From the IMG/VR virus record IMGVR_UViG_3300047548_000621, positions 8,200 through 72,199 of that record: 64,000 nucleotides of DNA. The stretch is one strand, 5' to 3'. The translations under genes and the position numbers were made by a program. How positions within the stretch are numbered: the first letter of the stretch is position 1; the number at the start of each line of letters is the position of its first letter. Shown here one piece after another: positions 1 through 8,884 of this stretch. This DNA comes from a virus (Duplodnaviria; Heunggongvirae; Uroviricota; Caudoviricetes). The notes beneath the pieces are model-generated. The model saw only the letters and a list, made by a program, of their open reading frames with translations, was not told where the DNA came from and did no database searches.

Positions 1-2300
1 ATTTCAGTTACCTTACCTATTATCCCGTTATATCCTGACTCGGGATTATTGACTTTAATAATATCACCAACCTTAATGTTACCTGCTGCACTAGATTTTT
101 CAGGTTCAATCTTTTCTACATCTTTTACATTGATATCAGGTGTGCCAGATCCATCACTAAATGCTACTGCAACTTCTGGATAGTTAGAATAAACATATTC
201 AACCGTGCCAGTCTGGTTCTTGAAATCACCACTGATTACCTTTACCTTATCACCAACTTTAAGTGTTTCTTGTTCAATCTCGTCAGTTGATAATTCTAAA
301 ACTTTGACAGGAAGAGTAATTAGATATCCATTCTTAAGTAATTTAAGATCAACCTCATCTGGGAAAACATCACTAACATAACTTACTGTTGCAAAGTTTC
401 CTTTATAATCACCGTCAGTTATTTTAACTGTGTCCCCGACCTTAAACTTAACTGCTGGCTTTTCTGGTTTATCATAATGCTCTAGGTCGTCAATCTTTAC
501 ATCAATTTTCTTGTCTAATCCAGTTAAATCAACAGATGCTTTTATGCCGTTCCCATATAGATAGTCAACCTTGCCTACATAGCCACTATGTTCGCCGCCG
601 GTTATGTTAACTTTGTCTCCCACGTTAAACACTTTATCTTCTTTTGAGACAAGATCAGGGCCGGCATTCTTTAATAGTACCAATTGTTCTGGTTGGAAAT
701 CTATATACTCCCCCAATTTCTGTAGATAGACTTCAATAGTACCAGAACTATAGATATGATTAACTCTGCCTCTAGCCTTATAATATTTACTATCAGGGTC
801 GCTGACAACAACATCATCTTGGTCGTGAATAGTAGGAGGCTTAGATTCTAACTCTTTGGCTAGTTTTTGTTCTAATTCCTCTGAGTAGGGCGCAACTTGA
901 TTTTTATACATAGTGAACGAGTTTTTGGTAACTTCATCAGTGGCTTCAATCTTACCATTTGGATATACATAGTTAATAACAGCAGTGACACCATAAAATC
1001 TACTTTCACTATCAGTAACGATTACCTTTTCCCCTCGCTCAAACATAGGGATAGAACCATCTGGTAGTTTATATAATTCAATATCAGTTTTTTCAACGCC
1101 CACACCATTAATCTTAGTTGATATAAACAATTCTACGCTACTGGTATATTCGTAAGTGATAGTACCAAGCATATCTTTGTATGGACCATTTAAAACTTTA
1201 ACTACGTCACCCTGTTCATATGCTAGTGGCATTTCACCAACTGAATCAGGTAACTCAACATTATCCGTATCAATTTGCTGTAAAAACTTTATCAATTCAT
1301 CTACGTGGTCAATATTAACTGCATAGTATGGACCTGTCAGGTATATCTCTTTGTTGCTTAATATAGCTTCAAACAAGTCTTTGTCTGTGAACTTAAAGTG
1401 TTCTTGAATACTCTGGGGAGTCAATAATTCATCTAATAAATCTGCTACCGTTTCTGGAACCAAATTCTTTTCAATCAAGCTTTCTACTTTTCTATAGTCA
1501 GAATTATAATCATATCCATTACGAAATAGTTCGGCTGGACTAGCAAAAGGAAACTTTTCAGGATTTTCATTATAAGATTTAATAATTTCATTAACGATTT
1601 GTTGACGAACATTTTTGTCAATCATATTCATTCGTTTAGCACTATCTAAAACCAAATCTTTGACCGTTTTACTCCAAGTAAACTTAAAACCATCTACAGG
1701 AAATAATACATACAGACTATATCCATACCCACTTGCTTGGCTTCTATCGCCGGTCGTGAATGTAGAATTTTCTCTATCCGCTTCAAATCCCATATCTTTA
1801 ATGGCGTTATTGAGCAAATCGTGCAATTCTCTATCACTATCTTTGGGTTTACGAGCTTCAAAAGGTTTTCCATATAGTGCATCATCGCTTGATCTAATGC
1901 CTCTAAACAAAAACCTTTGCTTATTAAAGTTATTTTTGTTGAGTTCCTTATAGACCTTTATAATCTCTTTGCAATTCTTACTTAAAGCCTTAAACAGATT
2001 ATCCATCTTGACTGGTCTGTCATTGACTCTAGACTTCTCGTACATAGTTGAATATGCTGTATTAACCTTCTCTATCTCTGCATCTAACTTATCCTGCAAA
2101 GATTGCATATCACCCTTAAGTTCGGGAGGCATACTAGCAGACTGTAAATAGCTCATTGAATTTTTATATTTGTCTAACTCTGCCCTAACTTTATCAAGCC
2201 TCTTTAAATTAAAGGATATTCCCTTTCGTTCACCCGGCTTAACAGGGGCTTCAGTAAGCTGTAACTGATTAAGTTTTTCTAATAGGTCTCTCATTAACAT
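1..2300 (-). CDS. Hypothetical protein (5'-partial in window) with at least 6 tandem KOW-like motifs (VGDxVKV..G.YkG..G.V..V)
   Basis: Continuous minus-strand frame from an ATG at 2298-2300 that runs off the window start. The translation shows the same short motif repeated about every 55-60 aa. It is absent from the ORF track because its stop lies outside the window. Confidence 0.5.
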   Translation of the reverse strand, partial: MLMRDLLEKLNQLQLTEAPVKPGERKGISFNLKRLDKVRAELDKYKNSMSYLQSASMPPELKGDMQSLQDKLDAEIEKVNTAYSTMYEKSRVNDRPVKMDNLFKALSKNCKEIIKVYKELNKNNFNKQRFLFRGIRSSDDALYGKPFEARKPKDSDRELHDLLNNAIKDMGFEADRENSTFTTGDRSQASGYGYSLYVLFPVDGFKFTWSKTVKDLVLDSAKRMNMIDKNVRQQIVNEIIKSYNENPEKFPFASPAELFRNGYDYNSDYRKVESLIEKNLVPETVADLLDELLTPQSIQEHFKFTDKDLFEAILSNKEIYLTGPYYAVNIDHVDELIKFLQQIDTDNVELPDSVGEMPLAYEQGDVVKVLNGPYKDMLGTITYEYTSSVELFISTKINGVGVEKTDIELYKLPDGSIPMFERGEKVIVTDSESRFYGVTAVINYVYPNGKIEATDEVTKNSFTMYKNQVAPYSEELEQKLAKELESKPPTIHDQDDVVVSDPDSKYYKARGRVNHIYSSGTIEVYLQKLGEYIDFQPEQLVLLKNAGPDLVSKEDKVFNVGDKVNITGGEHSGYVGKVDYLYGNGIKASVDLTGLDKKIDVKIDDLEHYDKPEKPAVKFKVGDTVKITDGDYKGNFATVSYVSDVFPDEVDLKLLKNGYLITLPVKVLELSTDEIEQETLKVGDKVKVISGDFKNQTGTVEYVYSNYPEVAVAFSDGSGTPDINVKDVEKIEPEKSSAAGNIKVGDIIKVNNPESGYNGIIGKVTE

Positions 2301-2318
2301 ATTTATGCTAAATACATT

Positions 2319-2990
2319 ATGCGCTTTAATGAATTTTCTCAGCCGCTAGACGAAGGCGTTCACGATCCAAATATCTTCAAAGCCGTGTTTATGGCAGGAG
2401 CCCCAGGTTCGGGCAAGACAACAGTTTCTAATCAGTTGTTTGCTGGGACTGGATTAAAGTCTCTGAATGTAGACGATTTCTATAACTACTTGCGGCAATC
2501 ACAAAAAGCAGTGGGAGATCCAGAACAAGATTATGCTACTGCTTGGGAAAAGTACAGAAAAAGAGAGCAAAACTATCTAGATGGTCGCCTAGGATTGATC
2601 ATCGATGGCACTGGTAAAAACCCAGCTATTATGAATGATGTTAAGACTAAACTAGAAGAAATGGGATATGAGACTGCAATGGTCTTTGTCAATACATCAT
2701 TGGATACTAGTTTAGAACGCACCACTCGTAGATCACAACGTCCCGGAAGAGATTATGGTAGACAGATTGATCCTAAGTTTGTAAAAGACACTTGGATGAG
2801 AGTTCAACAAGCATTAGGACAATTACAGAGTATCTTTGGAAACAGGTTCTTTATCATTGATAACAATCGCGGTGATCCCGATATTGCATATGTTCAGAAA
2901 ACATTGGACAAATGGCTAAAAGCCAGTCCCCAATCCCACATCGCTAAAGAGTGGATCAAGAACGAGCTTCAAGCTAAGCAACAAAAATAG
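2319..2990 (+). CDS. P-loop NTPase or kinase (AAA_33/zeta-toxin-like fold)
   Basis: Walker A motif GAPGSGKTT about 25 aa from the N-terminus, 223 aa. The ATG is only 18 nt from the divergent upstream start, so the true start may lie downstream. Confidence 0.5.
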   Translation: MRFNEFSQPLDEGVHDPNIFKAVFMAGAPGSGKTTVSNQLFAGTGLKSLNVDDFYNYLRQSQKAVGDPEQDYATAWEKYRKREQNYLDGRLGLIIDGTGKNPAIMNDVKTKLEEMGYETAMVFVNTSLDTSLERTTRRSQRPGRDYGRQIDPKFVKDTWMRVQQALGQLQSIFGNRFFIIDNNRGDPDIAYVQKTLDKWLKASPQSHIAKEWIKNELQAKQQK

Positions 2991-2991
2991 T

Positions 2992-3067
2992 TGGTGGACC
3001 CTGTGGGGTTCGAACCCACGACCTACAGGTTAAAAGCCCGTTGCTCTACCTACTGAGCTAAAGGTCC
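2992..3067 (-). tRNA. tRNA-Lys (UUU)
   Basis: Minus-strand cloverleaf. Anticodon loop CUUUUAA, D-arm AGCUCAGUAGGUAGAGC, T-loop GGUUCGAAC, CCA encoded. Confidence 0.8.
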
Positions 3068-3073
3068 ATTATG

Positions 3074-3150
3074 TGGTGCGCCCGGGAGGATTCGAACCTC
3101 CGACCTTTCGATTATCAGTCGAATGCTCTAGCCAACTGAGCTACGAGCGC
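3074..3150 (-). tRNA. tRNA-Ile (GAU)
   Basis: Anticodon stem UUCGA/UCGAA with loop CUGAUAA. Canonical T-arm and CCA. Confidence 0.8.
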
Positions 3151-3156
3151 ATTAAT

Positions 3157-3234
3157 TGGAGCGACGGGTGTGATTCGAACACACGACTTTATTGCTTTGC
3201 AGGCAATTGCATTGGGCCTCTCTGCCACCGTCGC
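3157..3234 (-). tRNA. tRNA-Cys (GCA)
   Basis: Anticodon stem AUUGC/GCAAU with loop CUGCAAA, T-loop GUUCGAAUC, CCA. The D-arm is slightly long. Confidence 0.7.
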
Positions 3235-3282
3235 ATTAAACTTTATAGATTAGTTATATCAACATTCAGGACGAATGTCAAG

Positions 3283-4812
3283 TTATTTGTTAAGATATTT
3301 CCATAAATTTATGAAATAATTGTCTGCATATTCTGCTGATCTTCTTTTGATTTCTTCGCTTTCATCAACTTTTTTCAAAGAGGTCTTCATCATTTCGTAT
3401 GAATCGTAACCCAATCTTGTTAGACCTGCTGCCTGATATGGGTCTAGCTTTCGGCGGCCCGAATTATATATCTGACTATACTGGTTGCACATAAACTCAA
3501 ACGCTGCTTTCCTGTCCCAAATGTCATTTTTCCAATTGTGGTACAACCCAGATGAACCTAACAATTCATATCCGTATTTTTTTGGATTTTTTAAAATGCT
3601 ACTGTCATCATATTGTCCGGGACCAATTGATAAACACGAAAGGCTTAGCGCATCCATTGGAAAATCTTCATCAGATAACAATTCTATATTCTTCTCTGCT
3701 ATCTCTGGCGTTTCGCCCGGAAGTCCTATAATATATCCTGCGCTTATACCCAAAGCAGTGTCGCTTTCTTCATAGATATCTCTTAGCTTATACAATGTTT
3801 CTATATTTTTTTCAGGGGAGCCGCCCTTGCCTATAGCCTTAGCAGCAGGAGCGTGTAATGATTCTAACCCGAAAAAATAACCGTTAAAATTTAAATCCCT
3901 CAACATATACATCTGTTCAGGTTTAGCTGCTAATAAGTCTAATCTACAGCATCCCATAAATTTCAAATCAATTTTAGACTTGTCTCTAACATAAAGCATA
4001 CGCTCTATGTTATCTGTGCGGTGATTAAAAGTATCGTCAATTATGATGTAGCTAGTTGTTCCAAAATTTTCATAGTTATACAAAACTTCTTCTAGAATAC
4101 AATCTTCGTGTCTCATATACGAAAGGTCGTTTTTATTTTTACCTAAGAGTGGATAGGTACAAAAAGCACATTTAAAAATACACCCTCTCGATACTTCTAT
4201 AGGCAAAGACTCATTGTTTGTTACCCCATCATAGTGTTCCCATATGTGAGTGGAGTGCCTAAAATCAAACATATCACCTTTCATATCATATGATATGTCG
4301 TACATAAAAGTTTTAGGATCGTAATGCGGAGCTCCAACTGTCTTACTATAGATAGGATCTTTGTTTTTCTTGATGCATTCAACAATGTCTAAGATCATTC
4401 CTTCTCCCATACCTCGAACCACGTAATCTACATTAAAATTATGGTGCCGGCCGTGATCAAGCATAACATGGGTATTACCCCCACCGTAGATTATCTTTAT
4501 CTTTGGAAATTTAGTTTTTACGTATTCGTTAATAAGAGAAAATGTATCATCACCATCTTTAAAAGTAGAGACTATGCCCGGCCTACTATCATCCATAAAC
4601 AAAGTACTACTATACCCTAAAAATAAAGTATCAGTGGATATTACCCTATCTAATAAGCGCAACAATTCAGTAGTTGACAAATGGCTCATATGATCAATGA
4701 CCAAAGCCGAATATCCAGATTTGCGCAGTACGTCAGCTATTCTATAAGCACCGAAGGGTTTAAACCTTGTAGTCCAGGTCGCGTCTGATAATATCACTGC
4801 GTTGAATGTCAT
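3283..4812 (-). CDS. B12-binding-domain radical SAM enzyme (class B rSAM-like)
   Basis: 509 aa. N-terminal Rossmann-like cobalamin-binding region, then CIFKCAFCTYP (CxxxCxxC radical SAM motif). Paralog of the adjacent 493-aa ORF. Confidence 0.7.
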   Translation of the reverse strand: MTFNAVILSDATWTTRFKPFGAYRIADVLRKSGYSALVIDHMSHLSTTELLRLLDRVISTDTLFLGYSSTLFMDDSRPGIVSTFKDGDDTFSLINEYVKTKFPKIKIIYGGGNTHVMLDHGRHHNFNVDYVVRGMGEGMILDIVECIKKNKDPIYSKTVGAPHYDPKTFMYDISYDMKGDMFDFRHSTHIWEHYDGVTNNESLPIEVSRGCIFKCAFCTYPLLGKNKNDLSYMRHEDCILEEVLYNYENFGTTSYIIIDDTFNHRTDNIERMLYVRDKSKIDLKFMGCCRLDLLAAKPEQMYMLRDLNFNGYFFGLESLHAPAAKAIGKGGSPEKNIETLYKLRDIYEESDTALGISAGYIIGLPGETPEIAEKNIELLSDEDFPMDALSLSCLSIGPGQYDDSSILKNPKKYGYELLGSSGLYHNWKNDIWDRKAAFEFMCNQYSQIYNSGRRKLDPYQAAGLTRLGYDSYEMMKTSLKKVDESEEIKRRSAEYADNYFINLWKYLNK

Positions 4813-4820
4813 ATCAGTAT

Positions 4821-6302
4821 TTAACTATATAGTTTTTTGATTTTTGAAAAATATTCTTGCTCTATCTTTACTTTTAACTCAGGTATATTAGGCTTTATAG
4901 TTTCGTCAAATGTTTTGAGTGGCATATCAATCAGGTCATCAAATTTTAGACCAAATCTTAAATAGCCGGCTATCGAAAAAGACGGAATCTTCAATTTTCC
5001 AGAATCATACAGAAACAAGTTATAATGATTGGCAATCTCTGCACATTTATGATAGTCCCAAACATCGTTTTCCCAAAAAGGATCGTTTGTTAATCTATAC
5101 CCATATTTTTCAGGATTGGCGTATAAACTACTTTTACCAAATGCACTCTCACTCATCCATAATGGAGACAGTCCCACACAATCTACCGGAGAATCATCTT
5201 CTATTAGACGATTTATCCAGTAATCTACTGTTTCCGGCGTTTCATATGGTAGACCAACGATATACCCTAGCATTAAGTTAACTTTATTGTTGAATGCATT
5301 TTTGAGCTTATGCATTGTTTCAAACAATTCTTCGGCCGGAGCATACTTGCCTATAGCCTTAGCAGTCTTCTCATTTAGTGTTTCAACTCCAAAATAGTGT
5401 CCGTTGAAGTTAAGGTCCTTAAGTAAACTTATTTGCTCTGGCTTCTTTGCAAGCAAATCTAACCTGGTATATCCTACAAAATTTAAATCTAATTTTGTTC
5501 TGTCTCTTGCTCTTAGCAACAATTCTATTTTATCATTGCGTTCATTAAAAGTGTCATCTACGATCATATATGTAGTAGTATTGAACTTTTCATAATTATA
5601 CAAAAGTTCAGAGTACAGGGAATCTTCCAAACGTATATACGAGGTGTCTTGTTTGTGCATTCCTATTAAAGGAAAAGTACAAAATGTACATCGGAAAATA
5701 CAACCTCTTGCAACTTCAAGAGGTAGGCATTCACCCTCTATTATAAAATCTGAATCGTGCCAAAAATGTGTAGAATGCTTATAATCATACAGCTTGCCTC
5801 TGAGGTCATATGAAATAACATAAGCACCATTTACTTTATAATCATAGTAGGGTTCAGTATCATTTGCTAGTGAGTTTACTAAGTCCAACATCATAGATTC
5901 TGCGTAGCCTAATACAACATAATCAGTATACGTTTCTCGTATTTTTACGAGTTGTTCAAGAATTACATTACTATTGCTACCGCCCACTATAATTTTTATA
6001 TTAGGGTATCTATTCTTAATATGTTGATTAATTGCAACGAAATCATCGTCTCCGTTATCAAAGGGAACTTTATGATTTTTTTTACTATGAAACAGGGTGG
6101 TACTGTAACCCAAGAATAAAGTATCATCAGTAATAATGATATCTAATAAAGCAAAAAGCTGGTCTAATGGCAATCTGGATACATAGTCTAATACTTGTAT
6201 TTCATACCCTGCTTTTCGCAGTGTATCAGCAATCGTATATGCGCCTAGAGGTCTAATTCTTTCATCAAATACTGCATCAGTGAGTATAACGCCGTGGATC
6301 AT
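4821..6302 (-). CDS. B12-binding-domain radical SAM enzyme, tandem paralog
   Basis: 493 aa with CIFRCTFCTFP motif. Collinear similarity to 3283-4812, including LFLGYS(S/T)TLF, GYI(I/V)GLP(G/Y)ETPE and NP(K/E)KYGY. Confidence 0.7.
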   Translation of the reverse strand: MIHGVILTDAVFDERIRPLGAYTIADTLRKAGYEIQVLDYVSRLPLDQLFALLDIIITDDTLFLGYSTTLFHSKKNHKVPFDNGDDDFVAINQHIKNRYPNIKIIVGGSNSNVILEQLVKIRETYTDYVVLGYAESMMLDLVNSLANDTEPYYDYKVNGAYVISYDLRGKLYDYKHSTHFWHDSDFIIEGECLPLEVARGCIFRCTFCTFPLIGMHKQDTSYIRLEDSLYSELLYNYEKFNTTTYMIVDDTFNERNDKIELLLRARDRTKLDLNFVGYTRLDLLAKKPEQISLLKDLNFNGHYFGVETLNEKTAKAIGKYAPAEELFETMHKLKNAFNNKVNLMLGYIVGLPYETPETVDYWINRLIEDDSPVDCVGLSPLWMSESAFGKSSLYANPEKYGYRLTNDPFWENDVWDYHKCAEIANHYNLFLYDSGKLKIPSFSIAGYLRFGLKFDDLIDMPLKTFDETIKPNIPELKVKIEQEYFSKIKKLYS

Positions 6303-6315
6303 AATTTTATTTAAG

Positions 6316-6407
6316 TGGCGGAGAGTGAGGGATTCGAACCCTCGGAACCAGTTTCCCAGTTCGCCTTCTTAGCAGGAAGATGGTTTAAGCCACTCACCCA
6401 ACTCTCC
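6316..6407 (-). tRNA. tRNA-Ser (GCU), class II
   Basis: Long variable arm. Anticodon loop CUGCUAA, acceptor GGAGAGU/ACUCUCC, CCA. Confidence 0.75.
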
Positions 6408-6413
6408 GTAGTT

Positions 6414-6833
6414 CTATATATTTAAATGCTGTTTAGCATTTTCAACATAACTTTCAATTCTTTCTTTTCCAACATTGTTCTTAGAATGCACTATATATCT
6501 AGGAAACTTCTTTTGATTATTTACGCAATATTCAACTAACCATTTTGCGCAATCATATCCGGTTTTTTCCGGTCCATAATCAAAGGTCTTTATTAAATCA
6601 CCGTCGTTGTATGTATAAGAATCTGCCTGGGCATTCTCCTCTAACATAACTGCATAATGAAAGTCCGCTAAATCGTGGTCAAAACACACAAACTTCGGCA
6701 AACCAAAAAACTCAACGTGTCTGACAAAACCGTCAAAGCTACGAGCTATAAAAATAGAATCATAGCGAGGAAACTCGGCCCACGTTACTTGATCGGGCAT
6801 TCTTTCGTCATCAAGAAATAAAACGTAAGACAT
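6414..6833 (-). CDS. Hypothetical protein
   Basis: The ORF-track N-terminus (to 6923) overlaps tRNA-Ser(UGA). The internal Met MSYVLFLDD at 6831-6833 is taken as the start. Confidence 0.4.
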   Translation of the reverse strand: MSYVLFLDDERMPDQVTWAEFPRYDSIFIARSFDGFVRHVEFFGLPKFVCFDHDLADFHYAVMLEENAQADSYTYNDGDLIKTFDYGPEKTGYDCAKWLVEYCVNNQKKFPRYIVHSKNNVGKERIESYVENAKQHLNI

Positions 6834-6849
6834 TGTTAATCCTAATAGT

Positions 6850-6937
<88 letters not shown>

Positions 6938-6977
6938 ATATTCATATTTATGAGCGTATTACTACTGTAGTAAAAAG

Positions 6978-7052
6978 TGGTGCGCCCGGCAGGACTCGAA
7001 CCCGCAACCTAGCCCTTATGAGGGGCCAGCTCCACCATTGAGCTACAGGCGC
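6978..7052 (-). tRNA. tRNA-Met or Ile2 (CAU)
   Basis: Anticodon loop CUCAUAA, canonical T-arm GGUUCGAGUCC, CCA. Elongator, initiator and lysidine-Ile identities cannot be separated by eye. Confidence 0.7.
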
Positions 7053-7061
7053 ATTATTATT

Positions 7062-7148
7062 TGGTGGGAGTGGATGGATTCGAACCAACTCAGCCTTCCG
7101 ACAACAGATTTACAGTCTGCCCCAGCTCTCCAACTCTGGCGCACTCCC
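7062..7148 (-). tRNA. tRNA-Tyr (GUA), class II
   Basis: Anticodon loop CUGUAAA, long variable arm, acceptor GGGAGUG/CACUCCC, CCA. Confidence 0.7.
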
Positions 7149-7158
7149 AAATTAAACT

Positions 7159-7380
7159 TTACAAAAATTGATGGAGCCAACCATCAGCCAACTTCTGAAC
7201 TTCTTCGTCAGAAGCAAAATACTTATTCATATCGTTAATAGCGTCAAGTGTATCAAGGACATCATCTTCGTCCAACCCTTGATTACGCAAATGATTTAGA
7301 TAATCAGTAAGAGTTTCACAATCACACAGTTCTTGTTCAACATTCTTCTTACCAAACTCGACTTGAATAACTTGGCCCAT
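7159..7380 (-). CDS. Small acidic hypothetical protein
   Basis: 73-aa ORF. Confidence 0.3.
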   Translation of the reverse strand: MGQVIQVEFGKKNVEQELCDCETLTDYLNHLRNQGLDEDDVLDTLDAINDMNKYFASDEEVQKLADGWLHQFL

Positions 7381-7396
7381 AGTTGGCTCCTATGTG

Positions 7397-7627
7397 TTAC
7401 TTGGTTGCAGATTCCGTTGCAGCACCAGATGGAGTATCAGATGCAGTCTTTACGGTACCATCATCATTAAGCTGAACATCAGCAGATGAGGATGCAGCAG
7501 CGGCTTCATCAGCCGGTACATCAACAGTTTCAGTTCCCTTACTGCAAGCAGCAAGAGTAGCAAGGGCCGCAACAGCAGCAATAGTTACAATCTTCTTCAT
7601 ATTTTTTCCTCTTAATAAATGGTCCAT
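7397..7627 (-). CDS. Small lipoprotein
   Basis: Signal peptide with lipobox LAAC (MKKIVTIAAVAALATLAAC), followed by a low-complexity Ala/Ser/Thr-rich tail. Confidence 0.45.
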   Translation of the reverse strand: MDHLLRGKNMKKIVTIAAVAALATLAACSKGTETVDVPADEAAAASSSADVQLNDDGTVKTASDTPSGAATESATK

Positions 7628-7651
7628 TATTGAACCAAACTCTAAATTATT

Positions 7652-7727
7652 GGTGACCCCTACGGGATTCGAACCCGTGATCTTTCCCGTGAAAGGGGAA
7701 TGTCCTAAGCCGCTAGACGAAGGGGCC
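7652..7727 (-). tRNA. tRNA-Glu (UUC)
   Basis: Anticodon stem UUCCC/GGGAA with loop CUUUCAC, T-loop GGUUCGAAUCC, CCA. Confidence 0.8.
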
Positions 7728-7899
7728 GATAAACTTGTTACGCTATTGCTGCAATATAGCTTCGGGACTTCGAAACCCGAACCTGGTCCCTATTGTCGCC
7801 TTATGGGCTATCGTCGTTCTCCGTGCTAGCCTTACACCACATCTACTGTCACCGTTTGCAACCGTAAAATGCAGCAATATTAAAACTTTTTATTGATTT

Positions 7900-8180
7900 T
7901 GGTATGAGCGGCGGGACTCGAACCCGCACGTCCAAAGGACACAAGATTTTCTTACCACTATAGCTTTCGCTACCCATTAGTTTGTGGTCTGGACTATCCC
8001 TTCATCATATCATGACTGACTTAGATGCCTGCCGTCTAGTCTCTACACCTTCCCTTTCGGGCTTGGCTCGGGATCAGCATTTTACAGCCTTCCCCGAATT
8101 TGACAGGTTCTACTCTAGAGATTTCCCTCTAGGCACTCAAATTAATAAGTCTCGGGCGTCTACCATTCCGCCACGCTCAC
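7900..8180 (-). tRNA. tRNA-Leu (UAA) interrupted by a group I intron (exon 1 at 8147-8180, exon 2 at 7900-7950)
   Basis: The two exons join to an 85-nt class II tRNA. Acceptor GUGAGCG/CGCUCAU, D-arm UGGCGGAAUGGUAGACGC, anticodon stem CGAGA/UCUUG with loop CU-U|AAAA, variable arm, T-arm GCGGGUUCGAGUCCCGC, CCA. The split falls between U34 and A35. Confidence 0.75.
7951..8146 (-). ncRNA. Group I intron (tRNA-Leu UAA type, 196 nt, no ORF)
   Basis: Follows a U at the 5' splice site and ends with G before the 3' exon. Carries recognisable group I conserved elements: P-like AAAUUCGGGGAA, Q-like AUCCCGAGCC, R-like GUAGAGACUAGACGG, S-like AAGGGAUAGUCC. Confidence 0.65.
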
Positions 8181-8240
8181 ACATTAAAACTTAACCAACA
8201 ATGTCAAAGAATAGAGTGTGTTTCTCACTCTGTATATCTC

Positions 8241-8269
8241 TTTATACGATATAATAGGATAAATGTCAA
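8241..8269 (-). promoter_or_regulatory. Sigma70 / T4-early-like promoter (minus strand)
   Basis: Minus strand reads TTGACA, 17 nt, TATAAA. Confidence 0.4.
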
Positions 8270-8332
8270 GAAGTTTTTTCAAAAAAGCACACAATTTCAG
8301 AGAACCGAAAGAAATCAAACAAATTGGTATAA

Positions 8333-8409
<77 letters not shown>

Positions 8410-8413
8410 TATA

Positions 8414-8806
8414 TTAGAAGTGAACTACACCACTGTCAATGACAGGATGCTCATCGTCTGTGCGATCTACAATTGTGTAGGTGAATTTGGTTGTTCCAAA
8501 CTCACGGAGCATATCTGAAACACTGTCTAGTGTGAAATCTTTACAAGAGTAAAGATCAAACTTGAAAAAGGATGGCTCACCAGACCAAAAATGAATGCTA
8601 CTGTGACTAGTAGTAATGCCTACCATACCGGTAACACCTTCGTTACCTTCATCATCACAATATACGCAGATAGGATCAATCAATATTTTCATATCAACTG
8701 CTTCAACCAATCGGCGGAACCAATCATTTAGTTGGGGAACATACTCTGGGCCAGGAGCCTCTGCTAGGTATCCTGTAACCAGGACGTGCTTATTAACTTG
8801 AGCCAA
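8414..8806 (-). CDS. speD: S-adenosylmethionine decarboxylase proenzyme (pyruvoyl-dependent, SpeH/SpeD-like)
   Basis: 130 aa. The motif TTSHSSIHFWSGEP...FKFDLYSC matches the SES(H)xSIHTWPE self-cleavage region of bacterial and archaeal AdoMetDC. Confidence 0.6.
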   Translation of the reverse strand: MAQVNKHVLVTGYLAEAPGPEYVPQLNDWFRRLVEAVDMKILIDPICVYCDDEGNEGVTGMVGITTSHSSIHFWSGEPSFFKFDLYSCKDFTLDSVSDMLREFGTTKFTYTIVDRTDDEHPVIDSGVVHF

Positions 8807-8884
8807 CTCATAAAACCTTTCTCATCAATTTTACTGTCAGACAGCGAATAACTATTTATCATTATGTGTGTAGTTTTTAAGAAA

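Noticed and set aside
7900-7940. The 3' end UUUGGACGUGCGGGUUCGAGUCCCGCCGCUCAUACCA closely resembles the conserved 3' terminus of bacterial tmRNA (ssrA).
   Set aside because: The matching 5' end is a full canonical tRNA-Leu acceptor plus D-arm (not the tmRNA 5' GGGG...UUCGAC form). The intervening 196 nt carry group I intron P/Q/R/S elements and no tag reading frame. An intron-containing tRNA-Leu fits every base.
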